The translations under genes and the position numbers were made by a program. Positions 30,123-40,020 of a stretch of DNA of 64,000 bases are shown piece after piece. Position 1 is the stretch's first letter. Each line of letters begins with the position of its first letter. The notes under the pieces are model-generated. The model was given only the letters and a program-made list of their open reading frames with translations. It was not told the origin of the DNA and did not search any database. This stretch comes from an uncultured Paludibacter sp. (GTDB lineage Bacteria > Bacteroidota > Bacteroidia > Bacteroidales > Paludibacteraceae), in the NCBI GenBank assembly GCA_964612615.1, contig CAZTDH010000001.1:14977-78976 (forward strand), read 5' to 3'.

Positions 30123-31382
30123 ATGTATAATCTGATTAATTTTTTGCCTGCATTACTATTCATTCTATTATTGTACTTTAACGTAAAAAAAGTAGGTAGA
30201 ATAGTATCGTTGTCAAACTTTATCATTGCATTATATACTTTATCGATGCTTTCCTATGGAATTTATTGTTTTTCTGATTCAACTTATTTTTTTGATTTCA
30301 CAACACTGGGTATAGTTTTTTTTTCGATATTAATTTTAACACGTCCATTAGTTTCTTTCGAGAAAATAATTAGCTCTGAAACAACAATAATTGAAGTTGA
30401 AAGAAGAAAATATAAAGTATTAGTGAGATTAGTTGTAATTCTTGGTTTATTTTCGATTGGCTTTTTTGCTCGCAATATTACGAATTTATTTAACTCGGAT
30501 TTTACTACTATTAGAAGTGATATAATGAGCGGTGGTGGATTATATGAAAGTAGTATTTTTTCAAAAATTGCTGTATTAGGAGCTTATCTTTCACCAATTT
30601 CTCTTTTTCTGTATTTTTATACAATTATAGTCAATGAAAATAAAAGATATGCAGTCTGGTTGATATTATCCTCTACTTCATTTATATTTTATACACTTAA
30701 TGTTGCGGGTAGAGATGGAATTGTAATCTGGATTTTTACATACATAGCTTTAATATGTCTGTTTTATCCCTTATTATCAACTGAAATAATTGCGAAACAG
30801 AAGAAATTGATTTTGCTAATTGTAGCCATAGTTTCACCTTATTTTGTGTTAATAACCATTGGTAGGTTTGGTGATAGTAATAAGTTGGATAACAATACAA
30901 TTTTTTCGGTATTCGATTATTTAGGACAACAACCGTATGAATTGTCAGACCGTTTGGATAAATTAAGTCAACTGAATTATATTGGTGAACCTAGATTGAT
31001 TTACCCATTATTTATAAATATTCGCGATGTTTTTTTAGGAGCAGCTAATTCAGTTGATTTAAGTAATAGATTTGATTTACGATCAGATTCAATGGAATTA
31101 GATTTAAATACCTATCGATTTGCATATTATATTGGTGATGTAGTTACAGAATTGGGAATAATTGGGTTATCAATTTTTACAGCTGTTTTGTATTTCGTGT
31201 ATCGAATAAATTTAAAGATAGTTGATAATTATATTAATTTTTCCAGACTATTAATAAGTTTTGCATGGTATATGATAATCATTGTGGGTGTTTTTTATTT
31301 TTACTACGGTCAATTGATTGGGAATGTCTTTTTATTAGTTCCGTTTTTTATTCATTTTTTCTTAAAGCCCAAAATTAGATGA
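30123..31382 (+). CDS. wzy: Wzy-type O-antigen polymerase
   Basis: 419 aa, about 10-11 TM helices, AGRDG motif, large periplasmic loop, very AT-rich, lies among glycosyltransferases in a wzx cluster. Confidence 0.75.
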   Translation: MYNLINFLPALLFILLLYFNVKKVGRIVSLSNFIIALYTLSMLSYGIYCFSDSTYFFDFTTLGIVFFSILILTRPLVSFEKIISSETTIIEVERRKYKVLVRLVVILGLFSIGFFARNITNLFNSDFTTIRSDIMSGGGLYESSIFSKIAVLGAYLSPISLFLYFYTIIVNENKRYAVWLILSSTSFIFYTLNVAGRDGIVIWIFTYIALICLFYPLLSTEIIAKQKKLILLIVAIVSPYFVLITIGRFGDSNKLDNNTIFSVFDYLGQQPYELSDRLDKLSQLNYIGEPRLIYPLFINIRDVFLGAANSVDLSNRFDLRSDSMELDLNTYRFAYYIGDVVTELGIIGLSIFTAVLYFVYRINLKIVDNYINFSRLLISFAWYMIIIVGVFYFYYGQLIGNVFLLVPFFIHFFLKPKIR

Positions 31383-32074
31383 TATCTGTTTGTTTAGCAA
31401 CATTTAACGGTGAGCTTTTCATTAGGAAACAGTTAAGTTCCATTTTGAAACAGCTTAGTGAAGATGATGAAGTTATTATCTCTGATGATTGTTCTACAGA
31501 TTCGACACTGGAAATTATTCAATCATTTAACGATAAAAGGATAAAAATATTTTCTAATAAACGCTTTGAATCATTAGTGTTCAATTTTGAAAATGCAATA
31601 AAACATGCAAGCGGAGATATCATTTTTCTTTCAGATCAGGATGATATTTGGGTTGATGACAAGGTTGAGAAATATATAAATACAATAGAATCTGTTGACT
31701 TAGTATTTTCTAATGTTTCCATTATCGATGGAAAAGATTCTATAGTAAAGAATCAATTATTGACTACAATTCCAAAGTGCAATTTACTTAATTTGATTTT
31801 TTCAAATCATGTAATAGGATCAACAATTGCAATAAAAAGAAGGGTGTTAATGAAAGCTCTGCCATTTCCTAAACAAATTCCAATGCACGATCAGTGGCTT
31901 GCTGTTATGGCTGCATATTATGGGAAGATTGCTTACATTGAAGAACCAATGTTACTTTATAGAAGGCACTTAGGAAATGCTTCATATTGTACAGAAGAAA
32001 GTAAAAATTCGTTCGTAAAAAAAATAAGGTTTCGATTTGAAATAATTGGTTGCCTTTTTAATAGAATAATATGA
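31379..32074 (+). CDS. GT2-family glycosyltransferase (rhamnosyltransferase-like)
   Basis: MISVCLATFNGE, SDDCSTD, IFLSDQDDIW, MHDQW, YRRH. Confidence 0.93.
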   Translation: MISVCLATFNGELFIRKQLSSILKQLSEDDEVIISDDCSTDSTLEIIQSFNDKRIKIFSNKRFESLVFNFENAIKHASGDIIFLSDQDDIWVDDKVEKYINTIESVDLVFSNVSIIDGKDSIVKNQLLTTIPKCNLLNLIFSNHVIGSTIAIKRRVLMKALPFPKQIPMHDQWLAVMAAYYGKIAYIEEPMLLYRRHLGNASYCTEESKNSFVKKIRFRFEIIGCLFNRII

Positions 32075-32134
32075 AATGTCTATCTTGAAAAAAATAACAA
32101 ATAAAATTAATAAAACAGTTTAAAAAATGCTACA

Positions 32135-35100
32135 ATGAAAAAAATTAAAATTTCAATTTTTTCAATCATTTTTTGTATAAGCCTGGTCTTGTCATTAAAT
32201 GTAAATGCTCAATTCGTTCCTGTCGGGAGCGGCAGTTACCGAACTACTTTTCCAGGAAATGATTCAGCAGGGAGAAACGCTTATCCTTCGGGAACTCCTT
32301 ATTTAAGTGGAAATGCTGCCGGAAAACCAGTTCCAACCAGCGACTGGTGGTCGGCGTTGGTAAAAAACGGAACAGCATCCAATCTTTTCAATTATCCGTA
32401 CACCATGAAAACCACTACTAATGGGTTGGTAGTGAGTTATATACCTAGTGGTGTAATCGATGATTTAACGCCATTTTTAGTGGGTGTTACAGGACTTTCA
32501 AGTTCCAGTATAACAGTTTCTGATTATTCCGACTGGACAGTGACTATGGACTGGAATGACGGAACGCACGAATTTCAGGCAACAGCCGGAGTGGCCATGC
32601 CTTTTCTTTATTTTACAAAGAAAACTGCCGATGTGGCTCAGGTTACTATAAACTCTGGAACAGTAGTCATTTCCAACGAAATGCTTATCTGTACCAACGT
32701 GAAAAACGGTGCTGATTTTGCAGTTTATGCTCCAACAGGAAGTACATGGACTCAAAACGGTGCGGTGTACACTTCCACCCTTAATGGTAAAAATTATTGG
32801 TCGATGGCGTTTATTCCGCTTACTGCAACCAGTGTAACAACCGTTGCCAACGAATATAAGAAATACGCTTATGTTTTTCCCGTAAAAACAACAGCAGCAT
32901 ATTCTTTTAACGAAACAACTTCGGTAATGCATACTGATTTCACAGTTCAGACTGAAGTAAAAGAAGGAACTGAAACCAATATGCTGATTGGGTTACTTCC
33001 TCATCAATGGGGACATTTGGCACCTGGTTCAGCCGCGCCTGACAAATACAGCTATGCTACCGTACGTGGTGAAATGAAAACTATGGCCGGAAACAGCTTC
33101 AGTGTTGAGAATACATTTCATGGTATTTTGCCGACTTTGCCTTACGTGGATAATTACAGCAAAGGATTTATACCAACAAACCTGACAGAAAAAATTGCAG
33201 GACTGGAAAATAGTACGATGGCTACCTGGACGGATTCATACAACGAAGGTCAGGTATTTAATCAGCTTATGCAAACAGCCCGTATTGCCAACGAAATGGG
33301 CAATATAGCTTCGCGCGATAAAATTTTAGCTACCCTTAAAACCCGTCTCGAAAATTGGTTTAAAGCCGATAACGGCGAAGTGGCTTTCTTGTTTTATTAC
33401 AATTCTACATGGTCATCTATGATTGGTTATCCGGCAGGTTATGGGCAGGATAACGGATTGAATGACAAGCAATTCCACTGGGGGTATTTTATTCAGGCAG
33501 CATCTTTTGTAGCACAATTCAGTCCGGGTTGGGCAGCTCAGTTTGGCGGTATGGTGAATATGTTGGTTCGTGATGCTGCGGCTTACGACCGGAATGATAC
33601 TATGTTCCCGTATTTGAGAAATTTCAGCCCGTACGAAGGTCATAGCTGGGTTGATGGTTTTGCCAATAATCCACAGGGAAATAATCAGGAATCAAGTTCT
33701 GAAAGTATGAATTTCAATGCCTCACTTATTAATTGGGGACAAACGATTGGAGATAAAACCATTCGCGATTTGGGAATTTACCTTTATACAACCGAACAAA
33801 CCGGTATTGAAGAATATTATATGGATATTCATCACCGAAACTTTCCGGCTACTCAAAAATACAGTCTGTATTCACGAGTTTGGGCAAATAGCAATGATAA
33901 TCAAACCTTTTGGACGGGTGATATTGCAGCTTCTTATGGTATAGAAATGTATCCGATTCAGGGAGGTTCACTTTATTTAGGTCAGGACACTGTTTATGTT
34001 AAACGCCTTTGGGACGAGATTGTAGCCAATACCGGTATCTCAAATAATCAGGTAAATCCAAATCTTTGGCACGACATTATGTGGGAATACCTCGCATTTA
34101 AAGACCCTGCTAAAGCCATTACCATGTATAATTCATTCCCGAACCGCGATATTAAATTCGGTATTTCTGATGCACAGACCTACCATTGGTTACACGCCAT
34201 GAATGCGTTGGGACGGGTTGATGCAGCAGTTACAGCCAACTATCCGATTGCAGCTGCTTTCGTCAATAATGGAGTGATTAATTATGTGGCTCAAAACTAT
34301 ACAACATCACCCATTACTGTTACCTTTTCTACAGGATATCAATTGGTAGTTCCTGCCGGAAAAATGGCCACAAGTATGGATGGAAGATACTCCGGAACGA
34401 TTAGTTCGACATTTGGTCAGGCTTTTGTAGGCGGAAGTGCAGCGTTGACTGTTGCTGCTTCGGGTGGTACGCCAACCAAAGTTGAATTTATGGATGGAAC
34501 GGTTTCGTTGGGAATTGTTACAACTGCTCCGTTTATTTCAACAGCAACTAATTTGCAATTGGGAATTCATAATTTTTACGCAAAAATTTTCGACGGAGAT
34601 AAATACAATGTTACTAATACTGCTCAGGTTTTAGTTGGAAACGAATTGCCATACGGTGGAACAGTTTCGGCAATTCCGGGAACAATTGAGGCTGGAAAAT
34701 ACGACATTTTTGAAGGCGGAAAAGGTCAGAATATCACTTATCTGGATGTTACAACTGCCAATGCCGGCAATTTCCGTATGGACGAATATGTGGATGCTTC
34801 ACTTGATCAGGTAGAAGGTGCAGTTGTAGGAACAATTGCTTCGGGCGAGTGGTTGAAATATACTGTCAATGTGGCTCAATCGGGTTTATATTCGTTTGCA
34901 TTCCGATATGCTTCTGGCAATTCCGCCGGTGGTGGTCCATTCCATTTGGAACTTGATGGTCAGACAGTTTCATCAGATATTCCTGTACCTTCAACATCTT
35001 CCACGGTTTGGACAATCTGGGCAACGAATACTGTTGCTGATGTTCCTTTGACAGCAGGTAAGCACATATTGAAAGTAGCATTTTCATCCGGAGAATTTAA

Positions 35101-36898
35101 TTTGGGAAAAATGACCTTTGCCCGTACAGGTGATTTGACATTCAGCTATCCGACTGCGAATGCTGGAACGGATGTAAAAGTGGTTCTACCGGCAACTTCT
35201 ACAAGTTTGGACGGTTCGGCAAGTACAGAATCAGGTTCAAAAGCACTGACTTATAAGTGGGAACAGGTTTATGGTCCGACAGTGGCTCTGTTTACTGATA
35301 TTACTGCCGTCAAACCATCTATTAGTGGATTGGTTGAAGGAATGTATCAATTTAAACTGACAGTTACAAATACCGATTTGCGATCAGCTTATGCTACTGT
35401 ACTTGTTATGGTTACCAGTACTGCTAATGTTCCACCAACGGTTTCGTTGACTGCTCCAGCTGATAATTCAACCTTTACTCAAGGTAAACCGGTAACGCTA
35501 TCTGCTACTGCCAGTGACTTTGACGGAACAATTACAAAAGTTGATTTTTATCAGGGAACTACCTTGATTTCAAGTGCTACAACCGCACCTTATACAACTA
35601 CATGGAATCCGACAGTTGGAAATTATGTAATTACAGCTAAGGCAACCGATAATGGAGGCGCAGTAAGTACATCGCAAGCAGCAAATGTAACAATTGCTCC
35701 GTTAATGATGTGTACAACTACATCGACTGTCGCTACACAAGGATCATTCTCTGTGGGTTACAAATGTACGTACGAAACAGTAGGTTCAGATGTTACTATA
35801 ACATTCGAATTACTGGATAATCAACCGGGTCTTATTGCCTATTTGTGGAAAGAAACACCTTTTGCAGAGTCACAAATGACCAATGTAAGCGGAAGGATCT
35901 TTAGTACAAAAATTGGTGGTCAGGTAGCCGGAACAACAATAAGTTATGCTTGTAAATTTGCTTATTCAGGTGGTATGTCGGTAACGAAATACATCACATA
36001 TGTTGTTGGTACTGATTGTGGAAGCACAACGAATGATACGCAGGCACCAACAAATTTTACAGCTACAGTTGGAGCTATAACAGGTACTTCTGTTGAATTG
36101 ATACTCAATGCCACAGATGATTCAGGTACAGTTGTTTATAATGTGGCTTATGGTTCTACTACCAAAAGCGTGTCAACGAATTCAGGAGTTCAAAAATCAC
36201 TTCTGATAACAGCCTTAACTCCAAGTACAAATTATTCATTCAATATCACTGCAAGTGATTTGACAGGGAATATGGCTGCAAATAATCCGATTGTATTATC
36301 GGCAACAACTTCTGTAAATACCAATACCGACTGTTCCGGAACTGCATCCGCTGCTGCTCAGGGAACATTCTCTGTGGGATATAAATACGGATTTGTTACC
36401 TCAGGTACAGACGTTACAGTCACTTTTGAATTGTTAGATAATCTGTCAGGTGTAGTTGCATATCTATGGAACTATACTTCCGGATTTGCAGAAACTTCAA
36501 TGACCAATGCCGGTGGAAAGAAATTCAGCATTAAGTTGACTGGAAAAACTGTTGGATCAACTCTTCAGCTTGCTTGTAAATTTGCTTTTGCAGGTGGTAT
36601 GGCGGTTACTAAAACTTTCCCTTATATTGTTGGAAATGATTGTGCAGGAACTGCCGTAGAAAATGTAATGTTAACCCAACCATTCTTCTATCCTAACCCG
36701 GTTAAGAATATATTACATGTTGTTCTTCCTGAAGATAACTGCAGGTTGATGATGTATGATATTGTTGGTAAATGCGTTTTTGATGCAAAAATTCCTGCAA
36801 ATTACAACCTGAACATGAGTGACTTCAAAACCGGAATTTATTTTGTAAAAGCTGAAAGTTCTCTTGGAATCCTGAACTCAAAAGTAGTTAAAGAATAA
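32135..36898 (+). CDS. Multimodular GH81 endo-beta-1,3-glucanase (GH81-Ig-CBM6-PKD-Ig-CBM56-like-FN3-CBM56-like-T9SS CTD)
   Basis: PVPTSDWWS, ND..FHWGY, FPYLRNFSPYEGHSW, NQESSSESMNF; CBM6-like IPGTIEA..GEWLKYTVNV; PKD-like PTANAGTD..YKWEQVYGP; YPNPV CTD. Confidence 0.9.
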   Translation: MKKIKISIFSIIFCISLVLSLNVNAQFVPVGSGSYRTTFPGNDSAGRNAYPSGTPYLSGNAAGKPVPTSDWWSALVKNGTASNLFNYPYTMKTTTNGLVVSYIPSGVIDDLTPFLVGVTGLSSSSITVSDYSDWTVTMDWNDGTHEFQATAGVAMPFLYFTKKTADVAQVTINSGTVVISNEMLICTNVKNGADFAVYAPTGSTWTQNGAVYTSTLNGKNYWSMAFIPLTATSVTTVANEYKKYAYVFPVKTTAAYSFNETTSVMHTDFTVQTEVKEGTETNMLIGLLPHQWGHLAPGSAAPDKYSYATVRGEMKTMAGNSFSVENTFHGILPTLPYVDNYSKGFIPTNLTEKIAGLENSTMATWTDSYNEGQVFNQLMQTARIANEMGNIASRDKILATLKTRLENWFKADNGEVAFLFYYNSTWSSMIGYPAGYGQDNGLNDKQFHWGYFIQAASFVAQFSPGWAAQFGGMVNMLVRDAAAYDRNDTMFPYLRNFSPYEGHSWVDGFANNPQGNNQESSSESMNFNASLINWGQTIGDKTIRDLGIYLYTTEQTGIEEYYMDIHHRNFPATQKYSLYSRVWANSNDNQTFWTGDIAASYGIEMYPIQGGSLYLGQDTVYVKRLWDEIVANTGISNNQVNPNLWHDIMWEYLAFKDPAKAITMYNSFPNRDIKFGISDAQTYHWLHAMNALGRVDAAVTANYPIAAAFVNNGVINYVAQNYTTSPITVTFSTGYQLVVPAGKMATSMDGRYSGTISSTFGQAFVGGSAALTVAASGGTPTKVEFMDGTVSLGIVTTAPFISTATNLQLGIHNFYAKIFDGDKYNVTNTAQVLVGNELPYGGTVSAIPGTIEAGKYDIFEGGKGQNITYLDVTTANAGNFRMDEYVDASLDQVEGAVVGTIASGEWLKYTVNVAQSGLYSFAFRYASGNSAGGGPFHLELDGQTVSSDIPVPSTSSTVWTIWATNTVADVPLTAGKHILKVAFSSGEFNLGKMTFARTGDLTFSYPTANAGTDVKVVLPATSTSLDGSASTESGSKALTYKWEQVYGPTVALFTDITAVKPSISGLVEGMYQFKLTVTNTDLRSAYATVLVMVTSTANVPPTVSLTAPADNSTFTQGKPVTLSATASDFDGTITKVDFYQGTTLISSATTAPYTTTWNPTVGNYVITAKATDNGGAVSTSQAANVTIAPLMMCTTTSTVATQGSFSVGYKCTYETVGSDVTITFELLDNQPGLIAYLWKETPFAESQMTNVSGRIFSTKIGGQVAGTTISYACKFAYSGGMSVTKYITYVVGTDCGSTTNDTQAPTNFTATVGAITGTSVELILNATDDSGTVVYNVAYGSTTKSVSTNSGVQKSLLITALTPSTNYSFNITASDLTGNMAANNPIVLSATTSVNTNTDCSGTASAAAQGTFSVGYKYGFVTSGTDVTVTFELLDNLSGVVAYLWNYTSGFAETSMTNAGGKKFSIKLTGKTVGSTLQLACKFAFAGGMAVTKTFPYIVGNDCAGTAVENVMLTQPFFYPNPVKNILHVVLPEDNCRLMMYDIVGKCVFDAKIPANYNLNMSDFKTGIYFVKAESSLGILNSKVVKE

Positions 36899-36930
36899 TT
36901 CTCAGTTAGTCATTTAATCCCACTCTTCCT

Positions 36931-36961
36931 CCCTCTCCATTTGGAGAGGGTTGGGGTGTGG
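36931..36961. repeat. GC-rich REP-like palindromic element
   Basis: CCCTCTCC-ATTT-GGAGAGGG followed by TTGGGGTGTGG, in an AT-rich intergenic region. Confidence 0.55.
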
Positions 36962-36999
36962 TATGAATTTAGGAATACAAAAAATCAATTTAAAAGCAG

Positions 37000-38646
37000 A
37001 TGAAACTCAAATTAGCATTTGTATTTTTTTTGTGTCAGATGTCTTTATTTTCTGTCTTTGCCCAACCGAAAACAAAGATCGAAATTAAAGACAACTGGTA
37101 CTGGTTGAACGGCGAAAAATTCTTTATCAAGGCCATTGGGTATGAAATTGGTGCTCGCCCGGGACAGCATCCCTACGAAGGTGTGCGTGCCGACGATTTG
37201 GAGTTGTTGAAGTTCGATTTGAAAGTAATTAAAGAAGCTGGATACAATACCATCCGGACCTGGAGTCAGTTTTCCGAACCTCAGTTAAAAGTAGTACAAG
37301 CATCAGGCTTAAAACTTATTATGGGACTCGAGATTAATCCTGATGGCAATTATGGTGAGCCTGTTTTTGTAAAAAAATGCGAGAATGATGTTTCGAAAGT
37401 CATGGCGTATGCAAAAAAATACGATTGTATTATTACATATCTTGTTATTAATGAGCCACAAACCGATCATATTTACAAAGTGGGCAGCAATGCATTTGTA
37501 AGTTTAATGAAAACACTCATTGATATTATTCACACTGAACATCTCGGCATTCCTGTAACGCTATCGGCCAATGCTATGATTAGTGATTACATGGATGAAA
37601 GCTATTTTGATGTGAATGCTTACAATTGCTATGATCACAGCGAAGCACAAACTGCCACAATTGGTTTCAAAGACTATGTCAAAGGACTTGTTGACCTGAA
37701 CGGACACACAAAACCGTTTATTTGTACCGAATTTGGGTATTCAGTTTCGCACAAAGGCTATGGCCGATACGGTGGGCAAACGCTGACTCAGCAAAGCAAA
37801 GGTCTGATTGCCAATTACCGCGATTTAATCGATGCCGGAGCGGTTGGAATGTGTCCGTTTTACTATGCCGACGGTTGGTGGAAAGGTGGCGACAAAAATT
37901 ATCACAACCCCGAACAACCCGAAGAATGGTTTGGATTCTGGGGCTACAGCGATGTGAACGACAAATACGGTTCGCCACGGCCGGTTTGGTTTACTCTGCG
38001 CGAATATATGAAAGCATTGATTATCAGTCCGAAAAGCAATGAGATTTATCAATCGGGAAAAATTCCATTGGAACTTTACACCGATAAGGATGTGAGTAGA
38101 GTTACAGTCAAACTCAATGATAAAGTGCTGTTTTCTAAAAATATAACTAAAGAAGGATATTTTGCAGACCAATTAGATATTGTGCCAAAGGATATTGAAG
38201 ACTTAGAGTTTGCTTTTGAGTTTTACAACAAATCGGGTAAATTGTTGAAAACAGAATCCATTATGATTTTAGCATCAGATAAACCTATTGAATTACCAAC
38301 ATTGACCATTGAAGTGACTCCGGATAAGGATTTAAATACCGGAAAAATTGCTTCAGTGAAAACCAAGATTGTAACTAATGGTAATTTTAAATTGGGCGAC
38401 GATTTAAGAGTGAGCTACAATACGCATTTAGGCTGGGAAGTTGGTCCTCAGGCCACCGTATCCATCAAAGATCAGCAGGATAAAAAGCTTATTCAAACCG
38501 AAAGTTTTTTCCCGATTCCGGATAATTCATGGATTGTGAATGCTTCTGCAGGAATTACGGTTCAATATGGAAAATGCAGTTTCAGAATTCGTGATCAGAA
38601 ACTGATTTTCCGAGGCGATTGGGCAAAGGAAGTGGGAAGGAAATAA
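37000..38646 (+). CDS. Clan GH-A TIM-barrel glycoside hydrolase (GH2-TIM/GH157/GH158-like), probable beta-1,3-glucanase
   Basis: NGEKFFIKAIGY, GYNTIRTW, acid/base VINEP, nucleophile CTEFGY, C-terminal beta-rich domains; signal peptide, no CTD. Substrate inferred from context. Confidence 0.75.
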   Translation: MKLKLAFVFFLCQMSLFSVFAQPKTKIEIKDNWYWLNGEKFFIKAIGYEIGARPGQHPYEGVRADDLELLKFDLKVIKEAGYNTIRTWSQFSEPQLKVVQASGLKLIMGLEINPDGNYGEPVFVKKCENDVSKVMAYAKKYDCIITYLVINEPQTDHIYKVGSNAFVSLMKTLIDIIHTEHLGIPVTLSANAMISDYMDESYFDVNAYNCYDHSEAQTATIGFKDYVKGLVDLNGHTKPFICTEFGYSVSHKGYGRYGGQTLTQQSKGLIANYRDLIDAGAVGMCPFYYADGWWKGGDKNYHNPEQPEEWFGFWGYSDVNDKYGSPRPVWFTLREYMKALIISPKSNEIYQSGKIPLELYTDKDVSRVTVKLNDKVLFSKNITKEGYFADQLDIVPKDIEDLEFAFEFYNKSGKLLKTESIMILASDKPIELPTLTIEVTPDKDLNTGKIASVKTKIVTNGNFKLGDDLRVSYNTHLGWEVGPQATVSIKDQQDKKLIQTESFFPIPDNSWIVNASAGITVQYGKCSFRIRDQKLIFRGDWAKEVGRK

Positions 38647-38667
38647 ATCAGAAACAAAAATTGTATT

Positions 38668-40020
38668 ATGGAAAAAACAACACAAAAACTCAGCTTTAAA
38701 GAGAAAGTTGGCTATAGTCTGGGCGATACGGCTTCGCATTTTGTATGGGATATGGTGGGCTTTTGGTTGCTGTTTTTCTATACCGATGTGTATGGCATTT
38801 CGGCGGCAGCTGCCGGTACAATTATGCTTGTTGCCCGTTTTTGGGACATGGCTATCGACCCGATAATTGGTGTGGTTTCCGACCGGACAAATACCCGCTG
38901 GGGGAAATTCCGCCCCTATATTTTGTTTGGTGCTATTCCGTATGCCATTCTGGCTATTCTGACTTTCACCACTCCGAACTTTGGTGAATTTGGAAAGATT
39001 ATTTACGCCGGAGCAACTTATGTGCTATTGATGACGGCTTATGCCACCATTAATCTGCCTTACTCGGCTCTTGGCGCAGTTATGACCGACGACACCTACG
39101 AACGTGCAGGTTTGAATACCTACCGTTTTATTGCAGGTTTCAGCGGACAGTTTATAGTTACCGGACTGGCATTGACGCTGGCTAAGTTTTTCGGAAATGG
39201 AAACAAAGCACAAGGGTTTCAATACACGGTGTTTTTGTTTGCGGCTTTGAGTCTGGTGTTCTTTTTTATTACGTTCCAAACTACCAAAGAGCGCGTTCAA
39301 CCACCAAAAGCTCAGAGAAATTCGTTGAAAGAAGATTTTGGCAACTTGTTTAAAAATCAAGCCTGGGTTATTCTGGCACTGGTTGGCATCATATCGTTTA
39401 TCATGTTTGCCATGCAAAATGCTGCCATTGCCTACTATTTTAAGTATTATCTGGGCAAAGAAGACAATGTTCAGTTATTCAATGTGGTTGGTACAGTGGC
39501 GTTGATCGTTGCACTTCCCTTATCAAAACCATTGGCAAAACGCTTTGGAAACAAAAACGTTTTTATTGGTAGTTCGTTGATTTCCGGTTTGTTTTTTATT
39601 CTGATTTATCTGGCTCGTGTGCAGGATATTAGCACTATTTATGTGTTTAATATTATTGCCAAGATGGCTTATGCGCCGGCTGTTCCGTTACTTTGGACTA
39701 TGATTGCCGATTCGGCTGATTATGGAGAATGGAAAAGCGGTCGCCGATCCACAGGTTTGTATTTTTCGGCTGCGGTTTTTGCTCAGAAAGCAGGGTGGGG
39801 AATAGGTGCCGCCATCGCAGGCTGGATTCTCACGCTTTCGCAGTTTGTTCCAAACGTTGCACAAACCGACACAGCCATTACCGGTATCAAATTGCTGGTT
39901 TCGGTGATTCCCGGTATTTTGTATATGTCCTGTGCCATTTTTATGATTTTCTACAAAATAGATAAAAAAACAACTGACCAAATGAAAATAGATTTGGATG
40001 CAAAACGGGCATTAGAATAG
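38668..40020 (+). CDS. MFS GPH-family sugar:cation symporter
   Basis: EKVGYSLGD, DRTNTRWGKFRPY, MIADSADYGEWKSGRR. Confidence 0.93.
   Translation: MEKTTQKLSFKEKVGYSLGDTASHFVWDMVGFWLLFFYTDVYGISAAAAGTIMLVARFWDMAIDPIIGVVSDRTNTRWGKFRPYILFGAIPYAILAILTFTTPNFGEFGKIIYAGATYVLLMTAYATINLPYSALGAVMTDDTYERAGLNTYRFIAGFSGQFIVTGLALTLAKFFGNGNKAQGFQYTVFLFAALSLVFFFITFQTTKERVQPPKAQRNSLKEDFGNLFKNQAWVILALVGIISFIMFAMQNAAIAYYFKYYLGKEDNVQLFNVVGTVALIVALPLSKPLAKRFGNKNVFIGSSLISGLFFILIYLARVQDISTIYVFNIIAKMAYAPAVPLLWTMIADSADYGEWKSGRRSTGLYFSAAVFAQKAGWGIGAAIAGWILTLSQFVPNVAQTDTAITGIKLLVSVIPGILYMSCAIFMIFYKIDKKTTDQMKIDLDAKRALE

Noticed and set aside
19389-32143. 10-bp direct repeat AATGAAAAAA at both ends of the polysaccharide cluster (19389-19398 and 32134-32143) as a target-site duplication
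   Set aside because: ATGAAAAAA (Met-Lys-Lys) is the commonest gene start in this window and also occurs at 19443; too low in complexity to count as evidence.
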